From an uncultured Lachnospiraceae bacterium (lineage in GTDB: Bacteria > Bacillota > Clostridia > Lachnospirales > Lachnospiraceae), in contig ONHZ01000008.1 in the NCBI GenBank assembly GCA_900317755.1, positions 14,832-78,831 of the forward strand: a stretch of DNA of 64,000 nucleotides. The letters run 5' to 3'. Numbering within the stretch: position 1 is the first letter of the stretch; every line of letters starts with the position of its first letter. Below, piece by piece: positions 16,892-25,481 of this stretch. The translations under genes and the position numbers were made by a program. The notes under the pieces were generated by a model that was not told the DNA's origin, made no database searches, and saw nothing but the letters and a program-made list of their open reading frames with translations.

Positions 16892-18184
16892 ATGGCAAAG
16901 ATTGATAATTCTGCATACAATTATTTTCTTCAGGCCTACGGTGACAAGCTTTCGGGCACACGCTTTGATTCTCACAAGCGCGAAGACCTCGAAAAAATCT
17001 ACAACCGCATCGTTCGAAAGAACCGCTCCACTCCTGTCTACAAGATTACCTTTGACGGCGATGTAAAAAATTTCGCAATTGACTTAAAGGAGCAGTCGCG
17101 CTCTACTCTTAATCTCGTCTCTTCCATTACAGAAGATTCCGATGACATCGAGTCTGTCTTCTACAAGAAGATTGCGACCTCTTCAAATGAAGATGCCGTG
17201 AAGATCAATTATATTGGTTCTGATGATGCGGACGGGCGTACCGCTTTCACGGTCGGCGTGGATTCGCTTGCCCTTCCGCAGGTCAATACCGGAAACTACC
17301 TTCCGATCAAAGGCAATGATTTCGAGGAAGGCACGTATTCTTTCGACCTATCGACACCGTTCAAGTCCTATGAATTTGAATTCAATGTCTCATACGGTGA
17401 CACGAACAGGGAAGTCCAGTCAAAGATTGCCAGACTTGTGAATTCTTCAAATGTAGGGCTTTCAGCAAAGGTAGTCCGTGACGGAAATGGAAATTCTGCC
17501 CTTCAGCTCACCTCAAAGCAGACGGGCCTTTCAGAAGATGAGAAGAATCTTTTCTCAATCAGCTCCGATTCTTCATGGAATGAGATCAACAAGCTTGGCA
17601 TTGCAAACATCACGCAGCCTGCTTCAAATTCCAGATTTAGTCTCAACGGAAAAGACCACAGTTCTCTTTCAAATACCTTCACGATCAATCAGGAATTTGA
17701 AATCACGCTTTCAAATACGACGCCGAAGGACGAGCCTGCGGTCATCGGTTTCAAGGCAAACACCGATGCCATTGCTGACAGCGTCAGTGATCTTCTTACG
17801 AGCTACAATGGCTTTATCGCTGTCGGTGAAAAATATTCGACGAGCCACAGCAACAACCAGCTCCTGAATGAAGTCCACGGCATCAGCATGCAGCTTTCTG
17901 ATGACCTTAAGAATATCGGTGTAAATGAAAATCCTGATGATGGCACGCTCTCACTCGACCGAGAAAAGCTCGCCGACTCTGTCACGAGTGCAAACGCAAA
18001 GCACACGTTTAAGGTGCTGAATAAGTTTAAAGACATGCTGACAAAGGAAGCCGGAAAGACATCGATCGATCCTCTGAACTACGTTGACAAGATTACCGTT
18101 GAATACAAGAATCCGAAGAATGTTCTGACCGCGCCTTATGCATCATCGATTTATGCAGGGCTGCTGCTGGATTATTCGCTGTGA
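16892..18184 (+). CDS. hypothetical protein with FliD (filament cap)-like central and C-terminal region
   Basis: RFSLNGKDHSSLSNTFTINQEFEITL ... NTDAIADSVSDLLTSYNGFI ... DGTLSLDREKLADSV resembles the FliD core. AGGAGGGG RBS. The functional assignment is tentative. Confidence 0.45.
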   Translation: MAKIDNSAYNYFLQAYGDKLSGTRFDSHKREDLEKIYNRIVRKNRSTPVYKITFDGDVKNFAIDLKEQSRSTLNLVSSITEDSDDIESVFYKKIATSSNEDAVKINYIGSDDADGRTAFTVGVDSLALPQVNTGNYLPIKGNDFEEGTYSFDLSTPFKSYEFEFNVSYGDTNREVQSKIARLVNSSNVGLSAKVVRDGNGNSALQLTSKQTGLSEDEKNLFSISSDSSWNEINKLGIANITQPASNSRFSLNGKDHSSLSNTFTINQEFEITLSNTTPKDEPAVIGFKANTDAIADSVSDLLTSYNGFIAVGEKYSTSHSNNQLLNEVHGISMQLSDDLKNIGVNENPDDGTLSLDREKLADSVTSANAKHTFKVLNKFKDMLTKEAGKTSIDPLNYVDKITVEYKNPKNVLTAPYASSIYAGLLLDYSL

Positions 18185-18187
18185 TTT

Positions 18188-19381
18188 TCAGTCTGCCGGA
18201 TGCAGATACCCATCTTTATCCACCGTATAATATCCTGTATCGACCAGGACTTTCTGCATATTCTCCTTTGTAACTGCCGTAGGCATAAGAAGATATGATG
18301 GTATCGCACCTGTTCCATTGTCATAAGAAAGCGTATCATATGTGCATTTGAACCCCCAGTTGGAATTTCTGATCAGGCTTTCGCCAGGGGTGAGCCCCTT
18401 TAATATTTCATCTGCAAGATCTACTGTCACTATGACTTCATTTGAAAGCGCTTTGAAAACGGTCATACTCTGTTTTCCATCAACGATATTTTTAAGATTT
18501 TCTTCGTCGCCATCCTGGCCGGTTATGATGACATTGTTTCGTCCCTGATATTCCTCATCAATCGCACGGGTCACGCCGAGAGCTGTGGAATCATTCGCAC
18601 ATACGACGGCATCAAGCCTCTGCCTGTCAGCATAAAATGATTTCAAAATATTCTTCATGCGCTTTTCAGCGTTCGCAGTGCTCCATCCATCTGTAGTTAC
18701 TTTGTCATAATCAGTCTGTCCGGAAACAACTCTTATATTTCCATTATCAATATATGGTTTCAGCACATCATATTCGCCATTATAATACAATGCAGCATTA
18801 CTATCTGAGGCATCACCCTCTGCAAATTCAATATTGCGCGTGACATCGTAGTTGGTAAGTCCAAGCGCTTTTACAATGTACTGTCCCTGCAGCTTCCCAA
18901 CAACGTAATTGTTAAAAGAAACATTATAAGAAATGGCATCTGTATTCATGATCAGTCTGTCATACGAAATAATAGGAATACCAGCCTCTTTGGCTTTATC
19001 CAAGGTCTTCGTGGGTGTGCTTGCATCAACTGCCGCGATGACAAGAAGATTCACATGATCGTTCATTAGCTTTTGAATATCCTTATTCTGCTTTTCATAA
19101 CTGTCATCAGCATAAATAAGTTCGACCTGATAGCCACGATCTTCAAACTGCTTCTTTAATAAGGCGCCATCCCTGTTCCATCTTTCAAGCTTTCTGGACG
19201 GCATGGATATTCCAATAGTTGTATTGTACGGATTAAATGAAGCAGATGTTTCGGTATCTGATTTATCTGAATCTGTGTCTTCGTGATCAGCTTTATTTTC
19301 CGTAATTGAAGCACCCACAAGAAGAAATACAAGGAAAGCTGCTGTAATAATTACAGATATGATTCTATTAAAATTTTTCAT
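18188..19381 (-). CDS. periplasmic-binding-protein type I sugar-binding protein, membrane-anchored and orphan
   Basis: IGISMP ... LLVIAAVD ... IPIISYDRLI pattern of ribose/xylose-type binding proteins, with an N-terminal TM anchor. No ABC permease or ATPase is nearby. Confidence 0.8.
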   Translation of the reverse strand: MKNFNRIISVIITAAFLVFLLVGASITENKADHEDTDSDKSDTETSASFNPYNTTIGISMPSRKLERWNRDGALLKKQFEDRGYQVELIYADDSYEKQNKDIQKLMNDHVNLLVIAAVDASTPTKTLDKAKEAGIPIISYDRLIMNTDAISYNVSFNNYVVGKLQGQYIVKALGLTNYDVTRNIEFAEGDASDSNAALYYNGEYDVLKPYIDNGNIRVVSGQTDYDKVTTDGWSTANAEKRMKNILKSFYADRQRLDAVVCANDSTALGVTRAIDEEYQGRNNVIITGQDGDEENLKNIVDGKQSMTVFKALSNEVIVTVDLADEILKGLTPGESLIRNSNWGFKCTYDTLSYDNGTGAIPSYLLMPTAVTKENMQKVLVDTGYYTVDKDGYLHPAD

Positions 19382-19403
19382 CTTTGAAAAATCTCCTCAA
19401 TAC

Positions 19404-21155
19404 TTATCGGGCTGAACCCTTCATGGCAATCTTATTCTTGTACATTAAATTGTCTGCCATCTTCAGTGCCTCTTCAGGTGTGCTTATATCTGAAGCTTTA
19501 TGTATTACTTTTCCTATTGCTACGCTGACTGGAAACGGAAGAGAAGCCTCATCATTTGCCTCTGAAATAATCTCATAAAATCTCTTCTCTACACGATCTG
19601 CTGCTGAAATATCATAGAGACACGCTACAAATTCATCGCCGCCATATCGCCCATAGAAGCCTGCCTGTCCATCTGACGCTTCTTTCAACGCACGTCCTAC
19701 AAGCTTCAGCAGCTTATCACCGCATTCATGGCCATACTCATCGTTTGCTTTCTTCAGATTGTTTGCATCCATAAAAAAGATTGCATATTCATTAATATTA
19801 TTTTTTTCAATCTCATGAATTGCCTGCGTAATATAAAGGCGGTTTGGAATTCCGGTAAGCGCATCATATTTTGCCAGATTCTGCAGGGTCGCGTTTTCCT
19901 GTTCAAGCTGTCTTGCCCTCATAAAACGCGACATATAGCTGATCATCAGGGTACTTACAAACACTATGCAAATCGGCATGATAAGATTTATTTCTGCAAT
20001 AAAATGCGCTTTGTATATTCCTTCACCGGCACTGCTGACAGCTGCATTTCTGATTATTTCCAGAATGACTAATATAAAAATAATAATAAAGCCTATCACC
20101 TGAACTCTTCCGGATGCATCCCTTTTATTTTTCATATTGATGAGGACGGCAGCGCAGCTAATCAAAACAATGATGAGTAATATTCTAAATACTGGCACTG
20201 AAGAGATTACATTGAAAGGGGATTTTATTATTTCGCCAGTGTATACCGCAGCGGCAAAGGCTACAAGTACGGCAGTAAAAATTCGAAGAAACAGCTTGGT
20301 TCTTGGTTTTACATGCTGGAGGCAGAAATAGCCGGTTAATACTGGCATGATTAGGTATGAAACATAATATTCGCCAAATGCGCAAAGCCTGCTGTTGCCA
20401 GAGCACATGTACATAAGGCCAGTATAACAAAGTGCCCAGATGGAACCACCAATGCTGAAAAGCATAAGCATAATACCATCGCCGACCTTATTTCCCTTTA
20501 ATTGCAATACTATAAGAAGGCTTAATAACAAAAGACTGGTTAAAAAGAAAAAAAGCACCAGGACCAATGTAAATTGTCCATTTAAAAGCACAGGGTACCA
20601 AGCTGACTGACTTGAATTTACAACATATACACCATTTATCGTAGATATTGTTTTGTCTTCCAAAGGATCGATTCTGATGTTTACGAAATTCCCCCAGCAA
20701 TAATTAGGAATCGAAGCTTTTATCATCATGTGTCCTGTAAGATTTGTCGCCAGCCGCTCTGCAGAATTACTACTGTATATGAGCTTATTGTCCGATGCAA
20801 AAACCTGGATATTGGCATTGTAATAGCTAAAACAGAGCATGGCAGAAGAAACCCTGCGGCTCTTAGGCAGAGGTACATGCACATAGACATTATCTGTTTC
20901 AAGCGGAGGCGAAAAAATATTGCCTGAATAGCTCGTAGTCGTCTGATCTTCATGAATGATGTCAACAGTAAGAAGATCGTCTAGCTTTTCAGCCTCAATG
21001 TATTTTTTGCTGGTTCCAAAAAACTGCAGAATTACAGCCAGAATAATATAAAGTAAAATAACAGCAAGCGTCAGTGTGATGGCTGTCCCACGACCATCGT
21101 CATGCTCTGACAAATCACCCGGGCGCGCTGAGTTCCTTTTCTTCCCCTTAAACAA
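19404..21155 (-). CDS. 7TM-receptor diguanylate cyclase (extracellular domain, 7TM, GGDEF)
   Basis: C-terminal GGDEF domain with an intact RYGGDEF motif, about 7 predicted TM helices, and an N-terminal extracytoplasmic domain of about 150 aa. Confidence 0.85.
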   Translation of the reverse strand: MFKGKKRNSARPGDLSEHDDGRGTAITLTLAVILLYIILAVILQFFGTSKKYIEAEKLDDLLTVDIIHEDQTTTSYSGNIFSPPLETDNVYVHVPLPKSRRVSSAMLCFSYYNANIQVFASDNKLIYSSNSAERLATNLTGHMMIKASIPNYCWGNFVNIRIDPLEDKTISTINGVYVVNSSQSAWYPVLLNGQFTLVLVLFFFLTSLLLLSLLIVLQLKGNKVGDGIMLMLFSIGGSIWALCYTGLMYMCSGNSRLCAFGEYYVSYLIMPVLTGYFCLQHVKPRTKLFLRIFTAVLVAFAAAVYTGEIIKSPFNVISSVPVFRILLIIVLISCAAVLINMKNKRDASGRVQVIGFIIIFILVILEIIRNAAVSSAGEGIYKAHFIAEINLIMPICIVFVSTLMISYMSRFMRARQLEQENATLQNLAKYDALTGIPNRLYITQAIHEIEKNNINEYAIFFMDANNLKKANDEYGHECGDKLLKLVGRALKEASDGQAGFYGRYGGDEFVACLYDISAADRVEKRFYEIISEANDEASLPFPVSVAIGKVIHKASDISTPEEALKMADNLMYKNKIAMKGSAR

Positions 21156-21383
21156 AAATCTTCTCTCTCCTGCTTATCTAATGCTTTCTAAATGATGATG
21201 TTTACACCCAGGTCACATAATCATCAAGTCATCATAATATTCAGAAAGTCCAACAAGCATTTAAATAATTAAAAGAACCCACACCATTGCGAATTCATGA
21301 GACTATCTACGAAAATCAAGTTTATTCTTTTATTGATTTTGTGTCAAGATTTGCTTGAAAATATTATTTGCTTAAATACATTT

Positions 21384-23408
21384 TTATGTACCAATAATTT
21401 TCTTTATTACTTTCGCCTTGACATCCTCATTTATTGTTTTTGCTTCTTCAAGACTCCTTCCTTCAGAATAAAAGTAAAACTTAATCTTCGGCTCGGTTCC
21501 GGATGGACGGACGAAGAAGGTCGTGCCGTTGCTTAATACATACTTGAGCACATTCGATGGCGGGATGGCCGGTCCTGTCAGTGTTCTATCGTCTGCTTCT
21601 GATGCTTTTGTAAGTGCCACAGGAATTTCTGCCGTACAGCTTGCTGGAAGCTTGATTTCCTGCTGCACACCATCGGAATAGTCGGTGACTGACACTACGT
21701 CATAACCTGCAACGTTCTTGAATGGATTTTTGCGAAGGTTCGCCATCATATCAGAAATTTCTTTTTTGCCTTCAAGTCCTTCGCGGATAATGAAAGGCTC
21801 ATCTTCAGCAAAATATCCGTATCTTGCATAAATTTCCATCAGGACATCATAGAGGGTCTTCCCCTGTTTTTTATAATAGGCTGCCATCTCAGCAACGAGC
21901 ATGCCAGCGCAGATACCGTCCTTGTCCCTGATGTCCGGGCACGGTGCATAGCCTACGGATTCCTCCCAGCCGAAACGATACTCAAAACCATTTGCATTGA
22001 GCCACGGAATCGTGCCGCAGATATTTTTGAAGCCAGTCAGACTTTCTATGAGAACTGCGCCATGGGCCGCTGCAATCCTGTTTGAAAGAGGGGATGTCAC
22101 GATGGAGCGAACGACAGCGGGGATTTTGTTTTCATCTATTTCAGCATCGTTAGTGTTTGCATTTAATTGTACATTCTTTTTTATATTTTCTGCATTAAGT
22201 TTCGAAGTACTATTTAACGCTGCATGTTCGGTTGAAGATGCAGTATCATCTGCTCGTTTATTGTCCTCTGCACTCAAAATATAGTCGAGCAGCAGATACC
22301 CGGTCTGATTTCCATTCAACGGAATATATTCAGGCGTCTCATCCTTCACAGTAGGCGTTAAATACATGCCATCTTCTGAAAAAATTCCATTTTCATCTGA
22401 AACAGCCGGAGCACTTTTCTTTAGTTCAATTGCAAACCTGTCACTGTCTGGATCCGTCGCAAGCAGCACATCTGCACCGACTTTTGCGCCAAGCATTTCA
22501 GAAAGCTTGAATGCCTTTGGATCCTCCGGATTTGGATAGCCGACAGTTGTAAAATCCGGATCCGGGTCCTTCTGTTCTTCAACAATGTGAAAATTTGTAA
22601 AGCCACGGTCTGCCATCATCGTCCTAAATGGAATACTGCCAGCACCATTTAAAGGTGTATAGACAATTGGAATATTTTTATCAAGCGCGCCTCCATCGTG
22701 GAGTGCCATTGCCTCTATTCTGTCAAGATAGGCTCTGTCCTCCTTCTCTCCAAGCAGGGTAAAAAGCCCCTGTTCTTCTGCAATTTTAGGAGGCAGGCGA
22801 AGAACAATATCAGACTCTGTCGGATTTTCAAGGTGCGTAATTGAAACCACCTCTGAACCAAAATAAGAAACTTTTTCGATTTCTGCAGCAATGCCATCTG
22901 ATACTTCTCCCGAAATCTGGCAGCCGTCTGAATAATAAACCTTATAACCATTGTAATCCCTGGGATTGTGAGAGGCTGTGATGTTGAGTCCGGCAGTGGT
23001 TTTCAAGTATCTGATCAAGAAAGCGAGCTCTGGTGTCGGACGGATGGAATCAAAGGAATAAACCCTTATACCGTTCGCTGCAAAAATCTCTGCTGAAAGC
23101 TCTGCAAATTCCTTTGACTTGTGTCTCGGGTCAAAGGCGATCGCAACTGAAAGTTCCTCCCCTGCCCTCTTATTCTTCAGAAGATAATTTGAAAAGCCCT
23201 GTGTCGCACGGCCGATCGTGAGTCTGTTCATACAGTTTGTTCCTGCTTTAAGCTTTCCCCGTAAACCCGCCGTTCCAAAATGAAGTTCTGTAGAAAATCT
23301 CTCCTCGATTTCTTTTTCATCACCCTTAATTGACAAAAGTTCCAGACGAAGCAGATTGTCATCTCTCATGTTTTCAATCCACTCATCATATCTTTCCTGT
23401 GCTGTCAT
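21384..23408 (-). CDS. phosphoglucomutase/phosphomannomutase family protein
   Basis: TASHNPRDYNGYK phosphoserine loop and a DPDSDR metal loop. At 674 aa it is longer than usual because of insertions. Confidence 0.9.
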   Translation of the reverse strand: MTAQERYDEWIENMRDDNLLRLELLSIKGDEKEIEERFSTELHFGTAGLRGKLKAGTNCMNRLTIGRATQGFSNYLLKNKRAGEELSVAIAFDPRHKSKEFAELSAEIFAANGIRVYSFDSIRPTPELAFLIRYLKTTAGLNITASHNPRDYNGYKVYYSDGCQISGEVSDGIAAEIEKVSYFGSEVVSITHLENPTESDIVLRLPPKIAEEQGLFTLLGEKEDRAYLDRIEAMALHDGGALDKNIPIVYTPLNGAGSIPFRTMMADRGFTNFHIVEEQKDPDPDFTTVGYPNPEDPKAFKLSEMLGAKVGADVLLATDPDSDRFAIELKKSAPAVSDENGIFSEDGMYLTPTVKDETPEYIPLNGNQTGYLLLDYILSAEDNKRADDTASSTEHAALNSTSKLNAENIKKNVQLNANTNDAEIDENKIPAVVRSIVTSPLSNRIAAAHGAVLIESLTGFKNICGTIPWLNANGFEYRFGWEESVGYAPCPDIRDKDGICAGMLVAEMAAYYKKQGKTLYDVLMEIYARYGYFAEDEPFIIREGLEGKKEISDMMANLRKNPFKNVAGYDVVSVTDYSDGVQQEIKLPASCTAEIPVALTKASEADDRTLTGPAIPPSNVLKYVLSNGTTFFVRPSGTEPKIKFYFYSEGRSLEEAKTINEDVKAKVIKKIIGT

Positions 23409-23507
23409 TATTTTCCCCCTTATATTCTCAAAATATACTACTAATCTTATTTTATATTGCTGAAAATATAAGTCAATTATATATTTTGCCCACTCATCGG
23501 AAGCTCA

Positions 23508-23825
23508 TCATATCTCAATATCATATATATCGGCATACCCAATCTCTGTACTGTCTTCCGCATTTTCAAACAGCACTTTCAGACATCCGTCAGCTTTTAC
23601 CTCTATAACTGTCCCGTCACCACTAATATATTTATCTCCATCATAGTAAGTAATCTCTACATACATGCCTGGATGAAGACGTGAATATGCAAAATTCAGA
23701 TATTCAAGCTGGTCATCGGAGAGATCTTTTTTCTCCTCATGATAAATCTCCTGCTTTTCAAGAGTCTCATAGAGTCCCTTCAAAGCATTAAACGAAGCAT
23801 ATATTTTCGCATTTCCCGGTTTCAT
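23508..23825 (-). CDS. YolD-like small protein (tentative)
   Basis: 105 aa. LSDDQLEYLNFAYSRL ... VEITYYDGDKYISGDGTVIEV follows the YolD-like pattern. I placed the start at ATG 23825, 5 nt after AGGAGG. Confidence 0.4.
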   Translation of the reverse strand: MKPGNAKIYASFNALKGLYETLEKQEIYHEEKKDLSDDQLEYLNFAYSRLHPGMYVEITYYDGDKYISGDGTVIEVKADGCLKVLFENAEDSTEIGYADIYDIEI

Positions 23826-23899
23826 CCTGTCCTCCTGGTATGCAAAATATTCGCACACAAATAAATCTTTTGAGGCATCCTTCAGCCATTTTCCACTCC

Positions 23900-23946
23900 A
23901 AAAATAGAGAAAAAATCACCGCCTACCATAAAAAGATAAGCGGTGT
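23900..23946 (-). terminator. rho-independent terminator after the 24018-24320 gene
   Basis: CACCGC / GCGGTG stem followed by a T-run on the minus strand. Confidence 0.55.
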
Positions 23947-24017
23947 TGAAAAGAGGTCTACAAATGTGACGGTCGCACAGTGATCACGTCAACGATAACA
24001 AATCCACCTATATGACA

Positions 24018-24320
24018 TCACGCAACATCGTCAAATGCCTGATCTGCCCTCGAAACAAGTGCCCTTCTCCTATCAGCCTGCCTGGTCTCTTCCGCCTTTT
24101 GAATCCTGACTCTTTCTGCACGTCTCTTTGCCCTGAGCGCTTTTTCATGCTGGAAAACACTATCGGTAATAGCATAGGATATCCAGAGGGATGCAACTCC
24201 GCCCACCATAAAAAGTCCTGAATGAAGTCCAATATTGTCAATGACCATGACTGCAATGATGCTTGCTACAACTGCTGCACCTAATAAAAATTTCCTGAAA
24301 CCTTTAACAAATCTATACAT
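24018..24320 (-). CDS. hypothetical small membrane protein with an R/K-rich tail
   Basis: 100 aa with two hydrophobic helices followed by KALRAKRRAERVRIQKAEETRQADRRR. Confidence 0.55.
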   Translation of the reverse strand: MYRFVKGFRKFLLGAAVVASIIAVMVIDNIGLHSGLFMVGGVASLWISYAITDSVFQHEKALRAKRRAERVRIQKAEETRQADRRRALVSRADQAFDDVA

Positions 24321-24466
24321 AACGGCCTCCTTCTAAAGAAGTAATCTAAAACATAATCTGTATTTCTTCAGCTGATGCCCGTATCATATATCTTAATATC
24401 TAAGATGTCAATACTAAATTTTGCGATTTTCGTGCATTTAATTGTCTTAAATTCAAAGATTTTTGC

Positions 24467-24495
24467 TTGCATTATTTTTATTAACCTGTTATACT
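24467..24495 (+). promoter_or_regulatory. sigma-A promoter of the LexA-like repressor gene
   Basis: TTGCAT, a 17-nt spacer, then TATACT. Confidence 0.5.
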
Positions 24496-24539
24496 GTCAG
24501 TGGATTTTTAGATGAACTCCTAGAAAGTCAGGATACAGT

Positions 24540-25409
24540 ATGAACGAGATTGGGATGCTCCTTAAACGTGACCGTACAGCGGCGAAGATGAGCCAGGGCG
24601 CACTTTCAAAGGCGCTGGAAGATTATGGCATCAATCTTTCACCAAAGACTATTTCTGGTTATGAAAATGGTGTCAGCGAGCCGAATGCTTCATTATTTCT
24701 TATCATGTGCGAGGTTCTTAAGATTGCAGACCCGGTGGATGAATATGCTGGTCTTAGAAATAAAGACACAGCCTGTCTTAATTCTGAAGGCATGGCAAGG
24801 GTGCGTGAATACATGAATCTTCTCATGAATGATCCGAAATATCGAACAGATTTTGATGAGGCTGCTGCACCATCTAAATCAAAGCAGCCTGTTGTTTCAA
24901 TGAAAACTACACGCAAAACCGCTTCAAAGAGCAAATCAGAAAAGATTGTCAGCCTTGAAACACCTGTTGCAGCAAAGAAGAATTCAGACAAGGTCGTCAG
25001 CATCGAAAAAGCCGCATCCCTCGCAAAGAAATCTTCTGCAAGGCGCGCCGCTGTCATCCGTATCTTTGACAATGCTGTTTCCGCTGGTACTGGAGATTTC
25101 CTCGATTCTGAGAATTATGAGCTGAAGGATGTCGATGAGACTGTTCCATTCGGTGCCGATTTCGGTGTCAGGGTTTCCGGCGACAGTATGATGCCTCGCA
25201 TTCATGATGGTGACATTATTTACATTAGGAAGCAGGACACTCTCGAGAACGGCGACATTGGAATCTTCTCTCTTGATGGGAATGCCTACGTGAAGAAATT
25301 AAAGAGCAGCTCAGATGGTCTCTTCCTTATCTCTCTAAACAAAAAATATTCCCCCATCCCTGTGGGAGAATATTCAGACTTCAAAATATTCGGTAAAGCG
25401 CTTATTTAA
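24540..25409 (+). CDS. XRE-HTH / S24 peptidase (LexA/CI-like) repressor with a long K/S-rich linker
   Basis: N-terminal HTH (MSQGALSKALEDYGINLSPKTISGYENG). The C-terminal S24 domain has the catalytic SGDSM serine and the VKKL lysine. Confidence 0.85.
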   Translation: MNEIGMLLKRDRTAAKMSQGALSKALEDYGINLSPKTISGYENGVSEPNASLFLIMCEVLKIADPVDEYAGLRNKDTACLNSEGMARVREYMNLLMNDPKYRTDFDEAAAPSKSKQPVVSMKTTRKTASKSKSEKIVSLETPVAAKKNSDKVVSIEKAASLAKKSSARRAAVIRIFDNAVSAGTGDFLDSENYELKDVDETVPFGADFGVRVSGDSMMPRIHDGDIIYIRKQDTLENGDIGIFSLDGNAYVKKLKSSSDGLFLISLNKKYSPIPVGEYSDFKIFGKALI

Positions 25410-25440
25410 ATATCTTAAATATTATATTTCAATTAATATT

Positions 25441-25473
25441 AGTCCTGGATCAAAACATTCCAGGACTTTTTTC
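25441..25473 (+). terminator. rho-independent terminator
   Basis: AGTCCTGGA / TCCAGGACT stem followed by TTTTTT. Confidence 0.75.
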
Positions 25474-25481
25474 GCATTAAA

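Noticed and set aside
24008-24256. Alternative 82-aa ORF and the plus-strand ORF 24012-24221, both overlapping the 24018-24320 gene
   Set aside because: The 100-aa frame has two clean TM helices and a basic tail, and it ends next to a terminator. The overlapping frames look like shadows.
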